Both the position numbers and the translations under genes were made by a program. This document shows positions 27,920 through 36,520 of a stretch of 64,000 bases of DNA, piece by piece (positions within the stretch are counted from its first letter, which is position 1; each line of letters starts with the position of its first letter). The stretch comes from an uncultured Gammaproteobacteria bacterium (lineage in GTDB: Bacteria > Patescibacteriota > Microgenomatia > UBA8517): assembly GCA_964489145.1 (NCBI GenBank), contig CAZAXL010000006.1:1614-65613 (forward strand), in the 5' to 3' direction. Below the pieces are notes generated by a model, which was not told the DNA's origin, did not search any database, and was given only the letters and a program-made list of their open reading frames with translations.

Positions 27920-30373
27920 ATGGCATTACAAACAATAAAGACCAAAAAAACACTCAAAGCTAAACAAAAGAAAGTTGTTTACAAAAATGGTGAAACAAAA
28001 GTAACTCTTGATGATTTGATCGCACCCTCATATGAAGAAATAATGTCCGAGGTAAAGAAAAAGGTGGGGGAACGGCCCGAAAGAGATTCGGCATTGCCGG
28101 CAGGAATCTGGACGAAACAGGCACTAAAAGTATTGGAGGAGAGATATCTGGTAAAAGATGGCAAGCTGGAGCCTATCGAAAGCCCCGAAGATATGGTTTG
28201 GAGAGTTTCCTGGGAGATGGCCTCAGCCGAGGCCAGATGGGGAAGTAAAAGAAAAGAAATTGAGGCTCTTGCGAAAGAATTTTACAATCTTTTAATTTCA
28301 AGAGAGTTCTTACCAAATTCTCCAACTTTGATGAATGCCGGGACTGGTAACGGTCTCCAATATTCGGCTTGTTTTGTTTTACCGGTTGAGGACTCTATGG
28401 AGGGAATCTTTGATGCTCTGAAATATCAGGCCTTAATCCATAAAACAGGAGGGGGAACCGGATTTTCTTTCAGCAGGCTTAGGGAGGGAGGTTCCATTGT
28501 CAGGACTTCTTCAGGAATTGCTTCCGGGCCGGTTTCATTCATGAGAATTTTTGATGCGGCAACCAATGAGGTTAAACAGGGCGGAAAAAGAAGGGGTGCG
28601 AATATGGGAATTCTGAGGGTCGACCACCCAGATGTTTTAGAATTTATTCACTGCAAAGAGAACGGGGGGATAACCAATTTTAATATTTCTGTTGCCATTA
28701 CGGATAAGTTTATAGATGCATATTATAAGGATGAAGAATACGAACTGATTAGTCCAAAAACCAAAAGCATGGTTGGAACCCTTTCTGCCAGGCGGGTTTT
28801 TGATGAGATTGCGGAATTGGCGTGGAAAACCGGGGATCCGGGACTTATCTTTATCGATAGAGTTAATCAGGGAACTGCCAATCCAATTCCTGCTTTAGGC
28901 CCCATTGAATCCACAAATCCGTGCGGAGAACAGCCCCTTTATCCTTTCGATGTCTGCAACCTGGGCAGCATCTTTTTGACCTATTTTATTAAAGAAGAAA
29001 ACGGCAAAAAAGAAGTCGATTGGGAAAAACTCAAAAGAGTCACACATCAGGCAACCAGATTTTTGGACAATGTTATTGAGGTTAATCCGTTTCCACTTCC
29101 CGAAATAAGAAAAGTGGCATTTAATATCAGAAGAATCGGTCTTGGGGTGGGAGGATGGAGTGATATGCTTGTTGGTCTGGGGATTCCTTATGACAGTGAA
29201 GAGGCAATGGTGCTGGCCGAAAAAGTGATGAAATTTATTCAGGATGAGGCGGTTTTGGCATCCGAGGAGCTGGCAAAAAAAAGAGGACCTTTCTTCCTTT
29301 GGCCGGTTTCAATTTACAGGGAAGGTACTCCAAGAAGACACTCTACCGTTACGACAATTGCCCCAACCGGGACAATTTCAATCCTTGCGGGCGCCAGCAG
29401 CGGAATTGAACCGATGTTTGCGATTGCATATCAGCATATCGTTAAAGATAAACACCTCAATAGAAAACTTTCTTTTGTTAACCCTGATTTTGAAAAAATT
29501 GCCAAAGAGCGTGGTTTCTGGTCAGAGGATCTGATGGCAAAAGTTGCCGAAAAAGGAGTAGTAAGGGATATAGAGGAAGTTCCGGAAGACGTCAGAAAAA
29601 TTTTTGGGACGGCTCACGAGATAGATATAGATTGGCATATAAGAACACAAACAGCTTTCCAAAAATACACTGAAAATGCGGTCAGTAAGACAATTAATTT
29701 GAGGCATGATGCAACCGTCGACGATGTTAAAAAAGCATATTTGGCAGCCTGGGAGGGCAGCTGTAAAGGAATTACCATCTTTAGAGATGGTAGCAAGAGT
29801 GAACAAGTACTTAACCTTGGACTTAACAAAAAAGAGGAGAAAAAGAATGATGCAGCTCCCACACAAGTAATTATGGAAAGACCGGTAAAAGTTGAAGGAG
29901 CAACATATAGAATTGTTACACCTCTTGGTAGTGCATTTATTACCGTTAATCAGGACTCTGAAGGAAATCCGTTTGAATTATTTATTACAATCGGAAAGGC
30001 GGGAAGTGAAGTGGCGGCTATGGCGGAGGCTCTGGGTCGTATGATTTCTACAACCCTAAGATTTGGAAATCATAAACCGCCGATTGAAAGAGCACGCGAA
30101 ATAGTTGAACAACTAAAAGGTATCGGTGGGGGAAGGTCAGTGGGTTTTGGACCAAATAAAGTTAGATCCTTGCCCGATGCTGTAGCTAAGGCAATTTCAC
30201 TTCATTTTGGATTTAATAATGTAAGCCACGATGCTCCTGAGGTGATAGAAGCCGCTTCAGATAAAGAAGAAACCAAAGTTGTTGGCGATATTTGTCCTGC
30301 CTGCGGATCTCCCGCCCTTGTTTATCAGGAAGGTTGTTCCAAATGTCATGCATGCGGGCACTCCGAGTGTTAA
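27920..30373 (+). CDS. nrdJ: Ribonucleotide reductase class II (adenosylcobalamin-dependent)
   Basis: ESTNPCGEQPLYPFDVCNLGSI, C-terminal CPACGS...CSKCHACGH zinc ribbon. Confidence 0.9.
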   Translation: MALQTIKTKKTLKAKQKKVVYKNGETKVTLDDLIAPSYEEIMSEVKKKVGERPERDSALPAGIWTKQALKVLEERYLVKDGKLEPIESPEDMVWRVSWEMASAEARWGSKRKEIEALAKEFYNLLISREFLPNSPTLMNAGTGNGLQYSACFVLPVEDSMEGIFDALKYQALIHKTGGGTGFSFSRLREGGSIVRTSSGIASGPVSFMRIFDAATNEVKQGGKRRGANMGILRVDHPDVLEFIHCKENGGITNFNISVAITDKFIDAYYKDEEYELISPKTKSMVGTLSARRVFDEIAELAWKTGDPGLIFIDRVNQGTANPIPALGPIESTNPCGEQPLYPFDVCNLGSIFLTYFIKEENGKKEVDWEKLKRVTHQATRFLDNVIEVNPFPLPEIRKVAFNIRRIGLGVGGWSDMLVGLGIPYDSEEAMVLAEKVMKFIQDEAVLASEELAKKRGPFFLWPVSIYREGTPRRHSTVTTIAPTGTISILAGASSGIEPMFAIAYQHIVKDKHLNRKLSFVNPDFEKIAKERGFWSEDLMAKVAEKGVVRDIEEVPEDVRKIFGTAHEIDIDWHIRTQTAFQKYTENAVSKTINLRHDATVDDVKKAYLAAWEGSCKGITIFRDGSKSEQVLNLGLNKKEEKKNDAAPTQVIMERPVKVEGATYRIVTPLGSAFITVNQDSEGNPFELFITIGKAGSEVAAMAEALGRMISTTLRFGNHKPPIERAREIVEQLKGIGGGRSVGFGPNKVRSLPDAVAKAISLHFGFNNVSHDAPEVIEAASDKEETKVVGDICPACGSPALVYQEGCSKCHACGHSEC

Positions 30374-30384
30374 AATGACGCCGA

Positions 30385-30921
30385 ATGGCTATCTATACAA
30401 AAACAGGTGATAAAGGGGAAACGGGTCTTTTTTCCTCCGATAAATCCAAAAAAATCCGAATTAGTAAGGCTTCTTTGAGAGTTGAGGCAATTGGATCAGT
30501 AGATGAGGCAAATACTTTTTTGGGATTGGCGGCATCTTTTGTAAAAAACAGGGAAATTAATCTCAAGGTAATTGAAATTCAGAAACATCTTTTTGAAGTT
30601 GGGGCCATCTTGGCAGGTGCAAAAATTGATATGGATGAAGATTTACCCCAAGAAATGGAAAAAGAGATTGATGAAATGGATAAAACTCTTCCCAAGTTAA
30701 TCTACTTTATACTTCCGGGAGGTGGGCACGGGGGAAGCTTTCTTTTTATGGCCAGAACATTTATCAGACGGGCCGAGAGAAGAGTAGTTTCCATTTCCAA
30801 GAAAGAAAAAGTTGATACAAATCTAATAATTTATCTTAATAGACTCTCCGATTATGTTTATACACTGGCGAGATATTCAAACTTCAAAGAAGGGATAAAG
30901 GAAAAGTCTTGGAGAGGGTAG
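30385..30921 (+). CDS. ATP:cob(I)alamin adenosyltransferase, PduO-type
   Basis: MAIYTKTGDKGETGLFSS...RVEAIGSVDEANTFLG. Confidence 0.85.
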   Translation: MAIYTKTGDKGETGLFSSDKSKKIRISKASLRVEAIGSVDEANTFLGLAASFVKNREINLKVIEIQKHLFEVGAILAGAKIDMDEDLPQEMEKEIDEMDKTLPKLIYFILPGGGHGGSFLFMARTFIRRAERRVVSISKKEKVDTNLIIYLNRLSDYVYTLARYSNFKEGIKEKSWRG

Positions 30922-30946
30922 CTAACTGTTATACAATGATTGATAT

Positions 30947-31300
30947 ATGGCTGCCACACCTGAGGTTCTAAAACCAAGTCAACCCGAGGTTCAGGAGATA
31001 AGTAAAGAAGCCGAATTTATTGTACCCGAAACATTACGGCAAAGCACGGGTATCCAAGTCGTCCAAAAAAACTTTAAATCGCAAGTTAAAGACGACCATG
31101 GACAGCCTCTAGTCCAAACTCCGCCGACTCAGGTAATTGAAGTAAACCCTCCGGCAGACTTGGAAACACTTACCGACTGGTCAAAAGGTTCCGTAGATTC
31201 CTCTCAAACATGGTTGGGAATGTTTTGGAAGAGAATTTTTCTGAAAGCCTTGTATTTTGGTTGGAAAATAATTGGAAAGGAAAAAGTAAATGCCGCTTGA
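30947..31300 (+). CDS. Hypothetical protein; 11-nt overlap with the downstream ATPase gene
   Basis: No motif; hydrophobic C-terminus. Confidence 0.4.
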   Translation: MAATPEVLKPSQPEVQEISKEAEFIVPETLRQSTGIQVVQKNFKSQVKDDHGQPLVQTPPTQVIEVNPPADLETLTDWSKGSVDSSQTWLGMFWKRIFLKALYFGWKIIGKEKVNAA

Positions 31301-33623
31301 TTCAATAAACTACGCAAATATGCTTTTTATAGCGGTTTTGGCCGTGTTTTTTATTTTTCTTTTGGTTGCTTTCGGGTATTCTGTTTTTATTTATTTTAAA
31401 AACAGGGATCGTGAGAAGAAATCTATAGAGTCGGTGCTTTTACAGGTTGCGGTTCCAAGGCACAACGAAACAAAAATAGACGTAATGGAACAGCTTATTT
31501 CCGGCCTTTATTCAATAAAAAAAGGAGGTTGGAAACAAAAATTTTCAGTGCAACCGGCGATTTCTTTTGAAATAGTTGCCAGACAGGAGGATATCCGTTT
31601 TTATGTTTGGGTTCCCAAGAAGCTTAAGGATTTGGTTGAAAAACAAATAAATGGAGCATATTCGGATGCCGAGGTGATTGAGGTTGATGAATACAATGTT
31701 TTTGACAGTAAAGGTAAAGTTGCCTACAAAACGTTTCAATTGGGGAAAAATAATTTTTATCCCCTTAAAACTTTTAAAGATTTGGCAACGGATCCAATGC
31801 TTGGAATTACCTCGGCTCTCGCAAAAATGGGATCAGGGGATGCTGCCGTGATTCAAATTATTATTTCTCCGGCAGAGAGTGATTGGCAAAAAGAGGGGGG
31901 TCATTTTGTGAGCGACACTAAAAAACAGGAAAGTGATGCCGAAAAAGCAAAGTTTTCGACTTCAGCTAAAACCCTAGAAGCGGTTGAATCAAAAATCAGC
32001 AAACCGGGTTTTGAGACCTCCATAAGAATTATTGCCGTGTCGGAAGATGAAGAAACTGCCAAAGGAACCGTGACGAATATTGCCGGATCTTTTGCCCAGT
32101 TTGCGGGAGAGCTGAACAGTCTTAAAGGAAGAAAGATCTACAGAAAATCTTCATTTATGGAGGACTTTTTGTACAGATACCAGCCAATGTTTAATATTTT
32201 TGGCAATCATGTTTCTATTCTTAATTCCGAAGAGTTGGCTACAATTTTTCATTTTCCAAATAAACAAATTACAACCCCGCACATTCACTGGCTTAATGCT
32301 AAAACGGCCCCTGCTCCTTCCCAGATTCCCACCGAAGGGCTTCATTTGGGAGTTAGTGCTTATAGGGGAATCAAAAGATCGGTTTACATTAGCAATGAAG
32401 ATAGGATGCGTCACATTTATATAATCGGAAAAACGGGTACTGGAAAGTCTGAACTTCTTAAGGATCTTGTTCTGCAGGATATCAGGGAGGGAAAAGGAGT
32501 TTGCTTTATGGATCCGCATGGAGACGCAGTTGAAGATATCCTGAAACTTATTCCGCCGGAGAGGGCTGAGGACGTAATTTATTTTAATCCGAGCGATACG
32601 GAACGCCCTCTGGGAATGAACCTCCTTGAAGCAAGAACCGAGGATGAAAAACATTTTGCGGCTACCTCGGTAATTAATCTTATGTATAAGCTTTTTGATC
32701 CTTATAAAACCGGAATTGTGGGACCAAGGTTTGAGCATGGTATCAGAAATGCCATGCTTACGGTAATGGCAGAGCCGGGAAATACTTTTGTTGAGCTTAT
32801 GAGGGCAATGACCGATTCCAGATATGTTCAGGAACTTTTACCAAGGGTTACCGACCCTATCATTAGAAGATATTGGACCGATCAAATTGCCCAGACTTCA
32901 GACTTTCATAAATCTGAGGTTTTGGATTACACTGTCTCAAAATTTGGCCGCTTTGTTACAAATAAGCTTATAAGAAACATCATTGGACAATCTCAAAGCT
33001 CTTTTGACATGAGGAAAGTTATGGACGAGGGTAAAATTCTCCTAATCAATCTTGCAAAAGGTCCACTGGGGGAGGAAAACAGCAACTTTTTAGGTCTTCT
33101 TCTTGTCCCGAGGATTTTGATGGCAGCGATGAGCAGAGCCAATGTTCCGATGGCCCAAAGACGCGATTTTTACTTTTATGTTGATGAATTCCAGAATTTT
33201 GCCACGCCGGATTTTGCGGTGATTTTATCCGAAGCCAGAAAATACCGGCTTGGACTTTGTGTTGCCAACCAATTTATCGGACAGGTTGAAGAGGAAGTTA
33301 AAAATGCGGTTTTTGGCAATGTTGGAACACTTGTCGCTTTCAGGGTGGGGGTATCCGATGCAAACTATCTCCAGCATGAATTTACACCGACCTTTGGGGA
33401 AGACGACCTTCTTAATGTTGAGCGCTACCATGCTTTCTGTAAAACAATTGTCAACAACGAACCTGTTCCTCCTTTTTCAATGGATATGAGTAAGGATATG
33501 AATAAACAAAAAGCGGCGGAAAGCCAGCGGGTTGCCGAAATAATAAAAGAAATGAGCAGACTTAAATACGGACGTGACGAAAAATTGGTTGAGGCGGAAA
33601 TTCAAAGAAGATCCAACCTTTAG
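31290..33623 (+). CDS. VirD4/TraD/TraG-like type IV coupling-protein-family P-loop ATPase with N-terminal TM segment
   Basis: N-terminal TM helix; HIYIIGKTGTGKSELL (Walker A, TrwB-like); FYFYVDEFQNF (Walker B); C-terminal TraG-D_C-like region. Confidence 0.6.
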   Translation: MPLDSINYANMLFIAVLAVFFIFLLVAFGYSVFIYFKNRDREKKSIESVLLQVAVPRHNETKIDVMEQLISGLYSIKKGGWKQKFSVQPAISFEIVARQEDIRFYVWVPKKLKDLVEKQINGAYSDAEVIEVDEYNVFDSKGKVAYKTFQLGKNNFYPLKTFKDLATDPMLGITSALAKMGSGDAAVIQIIISPAESDWQKEGGHFVSDTKKQESDAEKAKFSTSAKTLEAVESKISKPGFETSIRIIAVSEDEETAKGTVTNIAGSFAQFAGELNSLKGRKIYRKSSFMEDFLYRYQPMFNIFGNHVSILNSEELATIFHFPNKQITTPHIHWLNAKTAPAPSQIPTEGLHLGVSAYRGIKRSVYISNEDRMRHIYIIGKTGTGKSELLKDLVLQDIREGKGVCFMDPHGDAVEDILKLIPPERAEDVIYFNPSDTERPLGMNLLEARTEDEKHFAATSVINLMYKLFDPYKTGIVGPRFEHGIRNAMLTVMAEPGNTFVELMRAMTDSRYVQELLPRVTDPIIRRYWTDQIAQTSDFHKSEVLDYTVSKFGRFVTNKLIRNIIGQSQSSFDMRKVMDEGKILLINLAKGPLGEENSNFLGLLLVPRILMAAMSRANVPMAQRRDFYFYVDEFQNFATPDFAVILSEARKYRLGLCVANQFIGQVEEEVKNAVFGNVGTLVAFRVGVSDANYLQHEFTPTFGEDDLLNVERYHAFCKTIVNNEPVPPFSMDMSKDMNKQKAAESQRVAEIIKEMSRLKYGRDEKLVEAEIQRRSNL

Positions 33624-33703
33624 GGAACAGATATAAAGTGATTGGTGCCGGTTGTTTTTTCTAAATTTATATCTTAATATCAATTCACTTAATATCTAAA
33701 AAT

Positions 33704-34546
33704 ATGAATATCGGTATTATCGGCAACGGATATGTGGGCGGTGCTACAGGAGCGGGATTTTCCACTAACCCTGATAATAAAATTTTTTGGTACGATAAAT
33801 ATAAGGAAAGCCCCAACACACTAGACGAAGTGATCGAAAAGTCAGAATTCATTTTTATCTGTGTTCCAACCCCCATCTTTTCCAATTATTCAGGAATGGA
33901 TATGAGCATAGTCGAAGAAGTTGTAGGGGGGGTTGCAGAAAAAATCAAAAATTCGGAAAAGATTGTCATCATTAAATCAACTTCGCTTCCCGGAACCACC
34001 AAGAAAATGGCAAAAAAATACCCTCATGTAAATTTTGTCATGAATCCTGAATTTCTAACCCAGAAAAACGCAAATGCTGATTTTCTTAAACCATTTAGGA
34101 CTGTGATTGGCTGTGAGGCGTCTGATGTGGGGGATAGAGTTAAGAAACTCTACGAAACAATTTTACCCGGGGATCAAAAATACATAATTACGGACACAAC
34201 CAGCGCCGAGGTAATTAAATATATGAGTAACCTGATGCTTGCCAGTAAAGTTCTTCTGGCAAATGAATTTTATGAGCTTTCTAAAAAGGTTGGGGCAAAC
34301 TATTTGGATGTACAAAAAGGAGTTGAGTCGGATCCAAGGATAGGAACCCATTTGGGTGTTCCCGGGCCGGACGGCGATGTTGGATTCGGAGGGGCGTGTT
34401 TCCCGAAAGATATGGTGGGAATATTGGGTTTGGCCAAAAAACTTGATGTTGATATGAATGCTCTAAAGACTATTTGGGAGGAAAACCTCAGGATAAGGAA
34501 ACACAGGGATTGGGAAGAAATGCCTCAGGCCTTCAAGAAAAAATAA
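33704..34546 (+). CDS. Nucleotide-sugar dehydrogenase (UDP-glucose/GDP-mannose dehydrogenase family), lacking the C-terminal UDP-binding domain
   Basis: MNIGIIGNGYVGGATGAG Rossmann; GGACFPKD catalytic Cys; ends ~45 aa after the catalytic Cys, 280 aa versus ~390-440 typical. Confidence 0.6.
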   Translation: MNIGIIGNGYVGGATGAGFSTNPDNKIFWYDKYKESPNTLDEVIEKSEFIFICVPTPIFSNYSGMDMSIVEEVVGGVAEKIKNSEKIVIIKSTSLPGTTKKMAKKYPHVNFVMNPEFLTQKNANADFLKPFRTVIGCEASDVGDRVKKLYETILPGDQKYIITDTTSAEVIKYMSNLMLASKVLLANEFYELSKKVGANYLDVQKGVESDPRIGTHLGVPGPDGDVGFGGACFPKDMVGILGLAKKLDVDMNALKTIWEENLRIRKHRDWEEMPQAFKKK

Positions 34547-34645
34547 CCAGCGGGCTCGCATGTCATGACCCTGAGAGTATCAAAGGGGAATTGAATCATG
34601 ACATCGACTTTATGACAGATTCTTCGAACCTGACATGCCAAAACT

Positions 34646-34720
34646 TGGTGGAGCCGGATAGAGTCGAACTATCCTCCGTACTTTATAAGAGTACTGTCCT
34701 AACCGATGAACGACGGCTCC
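34646..34720 (-). tRNA. tRNA-Ile, anticodon UAU (gene TAT), CCA encoded
   Basis: Cloverleaf GGAGCCG/CGGCTCC acceptor, D-arm GTTC-ATCGGTTA-GGAC, anticodon stem GTACT/AGTAC with loop CTTATAA, T-arm GATAG-TTCGACT-CTATC, A73 then CCA. Confidence 0.7.
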
Positions 34721-34835
34721 CCAAGTTTCGTCATAAAAGCGTGTCTTACCATCCGATGGCAAGCCTTGCTTATCATTAAACGACAAGCCCGTTACTATTA
34801 AAGTCTAAGCGTATTATATCAGAAGCAAAGCTAAA

Positions 34836-35699
34836 TTATAGTTCGATGAGGGTTTGTTTTTTGCCCGGGTCAGTAATCTGGGCAAGCTCAAGATAGCGCT
34901 CGGTTGTCGAAAGGCGCTTGTGTCCCGAAACTTGTGAGAGAAGAACGATATCAACTCCGGCCTTAAGATTTTCAATAATAAATGTGGTCCTCAAGTCATT
35001 GACAGAGTAGTTTGGAAGTTCTGCCCTTTGGATATATCTGGCAATTGATGCCCTGATATTTCTAACTGCCAGAGGCTTTCCGTTTTTGCTGATAAATACA
35101 TACGGCGAATCTGCTTTCGGACGGATTGTCAGATAGGCATTTAATACTTCAGAGGCGGGTTTATTGAGAGGAATAGTTCTTTCGGGTTGAGTTGCATAGG
35201 CCTCAATTTTTAAAGAATCCTTCCCGACATTTTCAGTCTTTAAACCGGCGACCTCGGAAATTCTAAGTCCGCTTTGGAGAATTAGCTCAGTGATAGCGGC
35301 GATTCTGGTATCATTTCTGACGACATCCCTGAGGGCTCTATACTCAAGAGGGGAAAGAAACTTGGGAAGCGCACTTTCAATTTTTGGATGTGCTACCGAA
35401 GCTGAAACATCGGACGTAATAATGTTTTCCGAAATCATCCATCTAAAGAAAGTCTTAACAGCGTTAAGTTTGCGGCTAACCGATTTCGGGGTATATTTAT
35501 CGGCCAAAAGAGTATCACGAAAAGAGTCGAGATCATCCGGTCTCACCTGTTCGGGTAAGACTTTTTCGCGTCTGACCAAAAAATCCACTAGCTGAGTCAA
35601 GTCGCTTCGGTAGGCCAAAATAGTTGCCGGTGAGCGCCTTTTCTCGGTTAACGAATTTATAAATTTCGGGAGCAGGTTTTTAATAGGTTCTTGTGCCAT
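34836..35699 (-). CDS. Tyrosine recombinase, XerC/XerD family (~287 aa)
   Basis: N-terminal core-binding domain (ILAYRSDLTQLVDFL), LRISEV, HKRLSTTERY catalytic region; start moved to MAQEPIKN (ATG 35699). Confidence 0.8.
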   Translation of the reverse strand: MAQEPIKNLLPKFINSLTEKRRSPATILAYRSDLTQLVDFLVRREKVLPEQVRPDDLDSFRDTLLADKYTPKSVSRKLNAVKTFFRWMISENIITSDVSASVAHPKIESALPKFLSPLEYRALRDVVRNDTRIAAITELILQSGLRISEVAGLKTENVGKDSLKIEAYATQPERTIPLNKPASEVLNAYLTIRPKADSPYVFISKNGKPLAVRNIRASIARYIQRAELPNYSVNDLRTTFIIENLKAGVDIVLLSQVSGHKRLSTTERYLELAQITDPGKKQTLIEL

Positions 35700-35792
35700 A
35701 ATATTATTCGTAGATGGGCATCTTTTGTCTATTGCTTTGCAATTATAGTGCAAATTTAAAAATAGTCAATGCATTACAGGATATAATTAATT

Positions 35793-36182
35793 ATGAAAAA
35801 CAAAAAATTAGGGCTCCTGGAAGTTAAGTTTAAAAGTGTTTTGGGATACACAATATGGTTTTTGATAGTACTTCTTTTGATTTCCACCGTCAGGAATATA
35901 GGTAGAGTAATAAACATCAGAAAGCAGGTGGAGGTGGAGAGACAAAAAGTCGAAAAAATGCAGGCAGATAACGTAAAACTTCAAGTTCAAATTGCTGAGG
36001 CGCAAGGCCAGGATTTTATTGAAAAGCAAATCCGGAATAAGCTCGGACTTACCAAAGAAGGGGAAGCCATGGTTGTGCTTCCGGACGAATCGATAGTCAG
36101 AAGCCTTGCCCCTTCTCTAACTTCCGAGGAAGAAACACTTCCTGATCCAAACTGGAAGAAATGGGAAAAACTCTTTTTCTAA
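35793..36182 (+). CDS. FtsB/DivIC-like septum formation initiator family protein
   Basis: N-terminal TM, coiled coil, then IEKQIRNKLGLTKEGEAMVV, the conserved FtsB C-terminal motif. Confidence 0.5.
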   Translation: MKNKKLGLLEVKFKSVLGYTIWFLIVLLLISTVRNIGRVINIRKQVEVERQKVEKMQADNVKLQVQIAEAQGQDFIEKQIRNKLGLTKEGEAMVVLPDESIVRSLAPSLTSEEETLPDPNWKKWEKLFF

Positions 36183-36200
36183 TTTCTTTTACAAATTTAG

Positions 36201-36274
36201 TGGCTGAGGAGAGACTCGGACTCTCGACCTCGGCGTTATGAATGCCGCGCTCTTACCGACTGAGCTACCCAGCC
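36201..36274 (-). tRNA. tRNA-Met (anticodon CAU), elongator-like (G1-C72 pair); CCA not encoded
   Basis: GGCTGGG-TA-GCTC..GAGC-CGGCA-TTCATAA-CGCCG-..-GAGAG-TCCGAGT-CTCTC-CTCAGCC-A; A31.C39 mismatch; T-loop has C at position 55. Confidence 0.65.
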
Positions 36275-36284
36275 AACAAATTTA

Positions 36285-36326
36285 CGTCATGATTGCCGTG
36301 CTCTAACCAAATGAGCTACGTAGCCC
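36285..36326 (-). pseudogene. 5'-half tRNA-Met-like fragment (acceptor 5' strand, D-arm, anticodon-stem 5' strand, loop ATCATGA) with no 3' half
   Basis: GGGCTACGTAGCTCATTTGGTTAGAGCACGGCAATCATGACG resembles an elongator tRNA-Met 5' half; sits 10 nt upstream of the intact tRNA-Met. Confidence 0.5.
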
Positions 36327-36400
36327 TGACCCAAGCGTATTTTATCACGAGGCGGTATTTTTTGCCGAGTGGCGCTTTGTTTATGACCTTAGCAAGCTCT

Positions 36401-36433
36401 TTGCTTACCATTTTTAGCCTCCTGTGTTATAAT
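36401..36433 (+). promoter_or_regulatory. Candidate sigma70-type promoter for the plus-strand tRNA (TTGCTT-N18-TGtTATAAT)
   Basis: -10 TATAAT at 36427..36433, ~18 nt before the tRNA 5' end. Confidence 0.35.
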
Positions 36434-36450
36434 TGCCTCGCTAGTCTATA

Positions 36451-36520
36451 TGCGGGGTAGTGTACGGCTGCACGTGAGGCTCATAATCTCACAGGCTGGG
36501 TTCAACTCCCAGCCCCGCAA
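36451..36520 (+). tRNA. tRNA with CAU anticodon and initiator-like acceptor stem (GCGGGG/CCCCGC, A73); Met/fMet candidate
   Basis: Acceptor (T)GCGGGG..CCCCGCA-A as in bacterial tRNA-fMet, but T1-A72 would pair and the anticodon stem lacks three G-C pairs; short D-loop; normal T-loop TTCAACT. Confidence 0.55.

Noticed and set aside
32151-32738. 195-aa antisense ORF inside the coupling-ATPase gene
   Set aside because: It is embedded in a well-supported CDS on the other strand and shows no motif.
35700-35792. Inverted repeat ttgca-N7-tgcaa between the divergent recombinase and ftsB-like genes
   Set aside because: The arms are only 5 bp, which is expected by chance in AT-rich DNA.
34646-36326. 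Prophage or integrative element delimited by tRNA genes
   Set aside because: The recombinase has Xer size and architecture, no phage structural or replication genes are present, and the tRNA fragments are not exact att-type duplicates of tRNA 3' ends.
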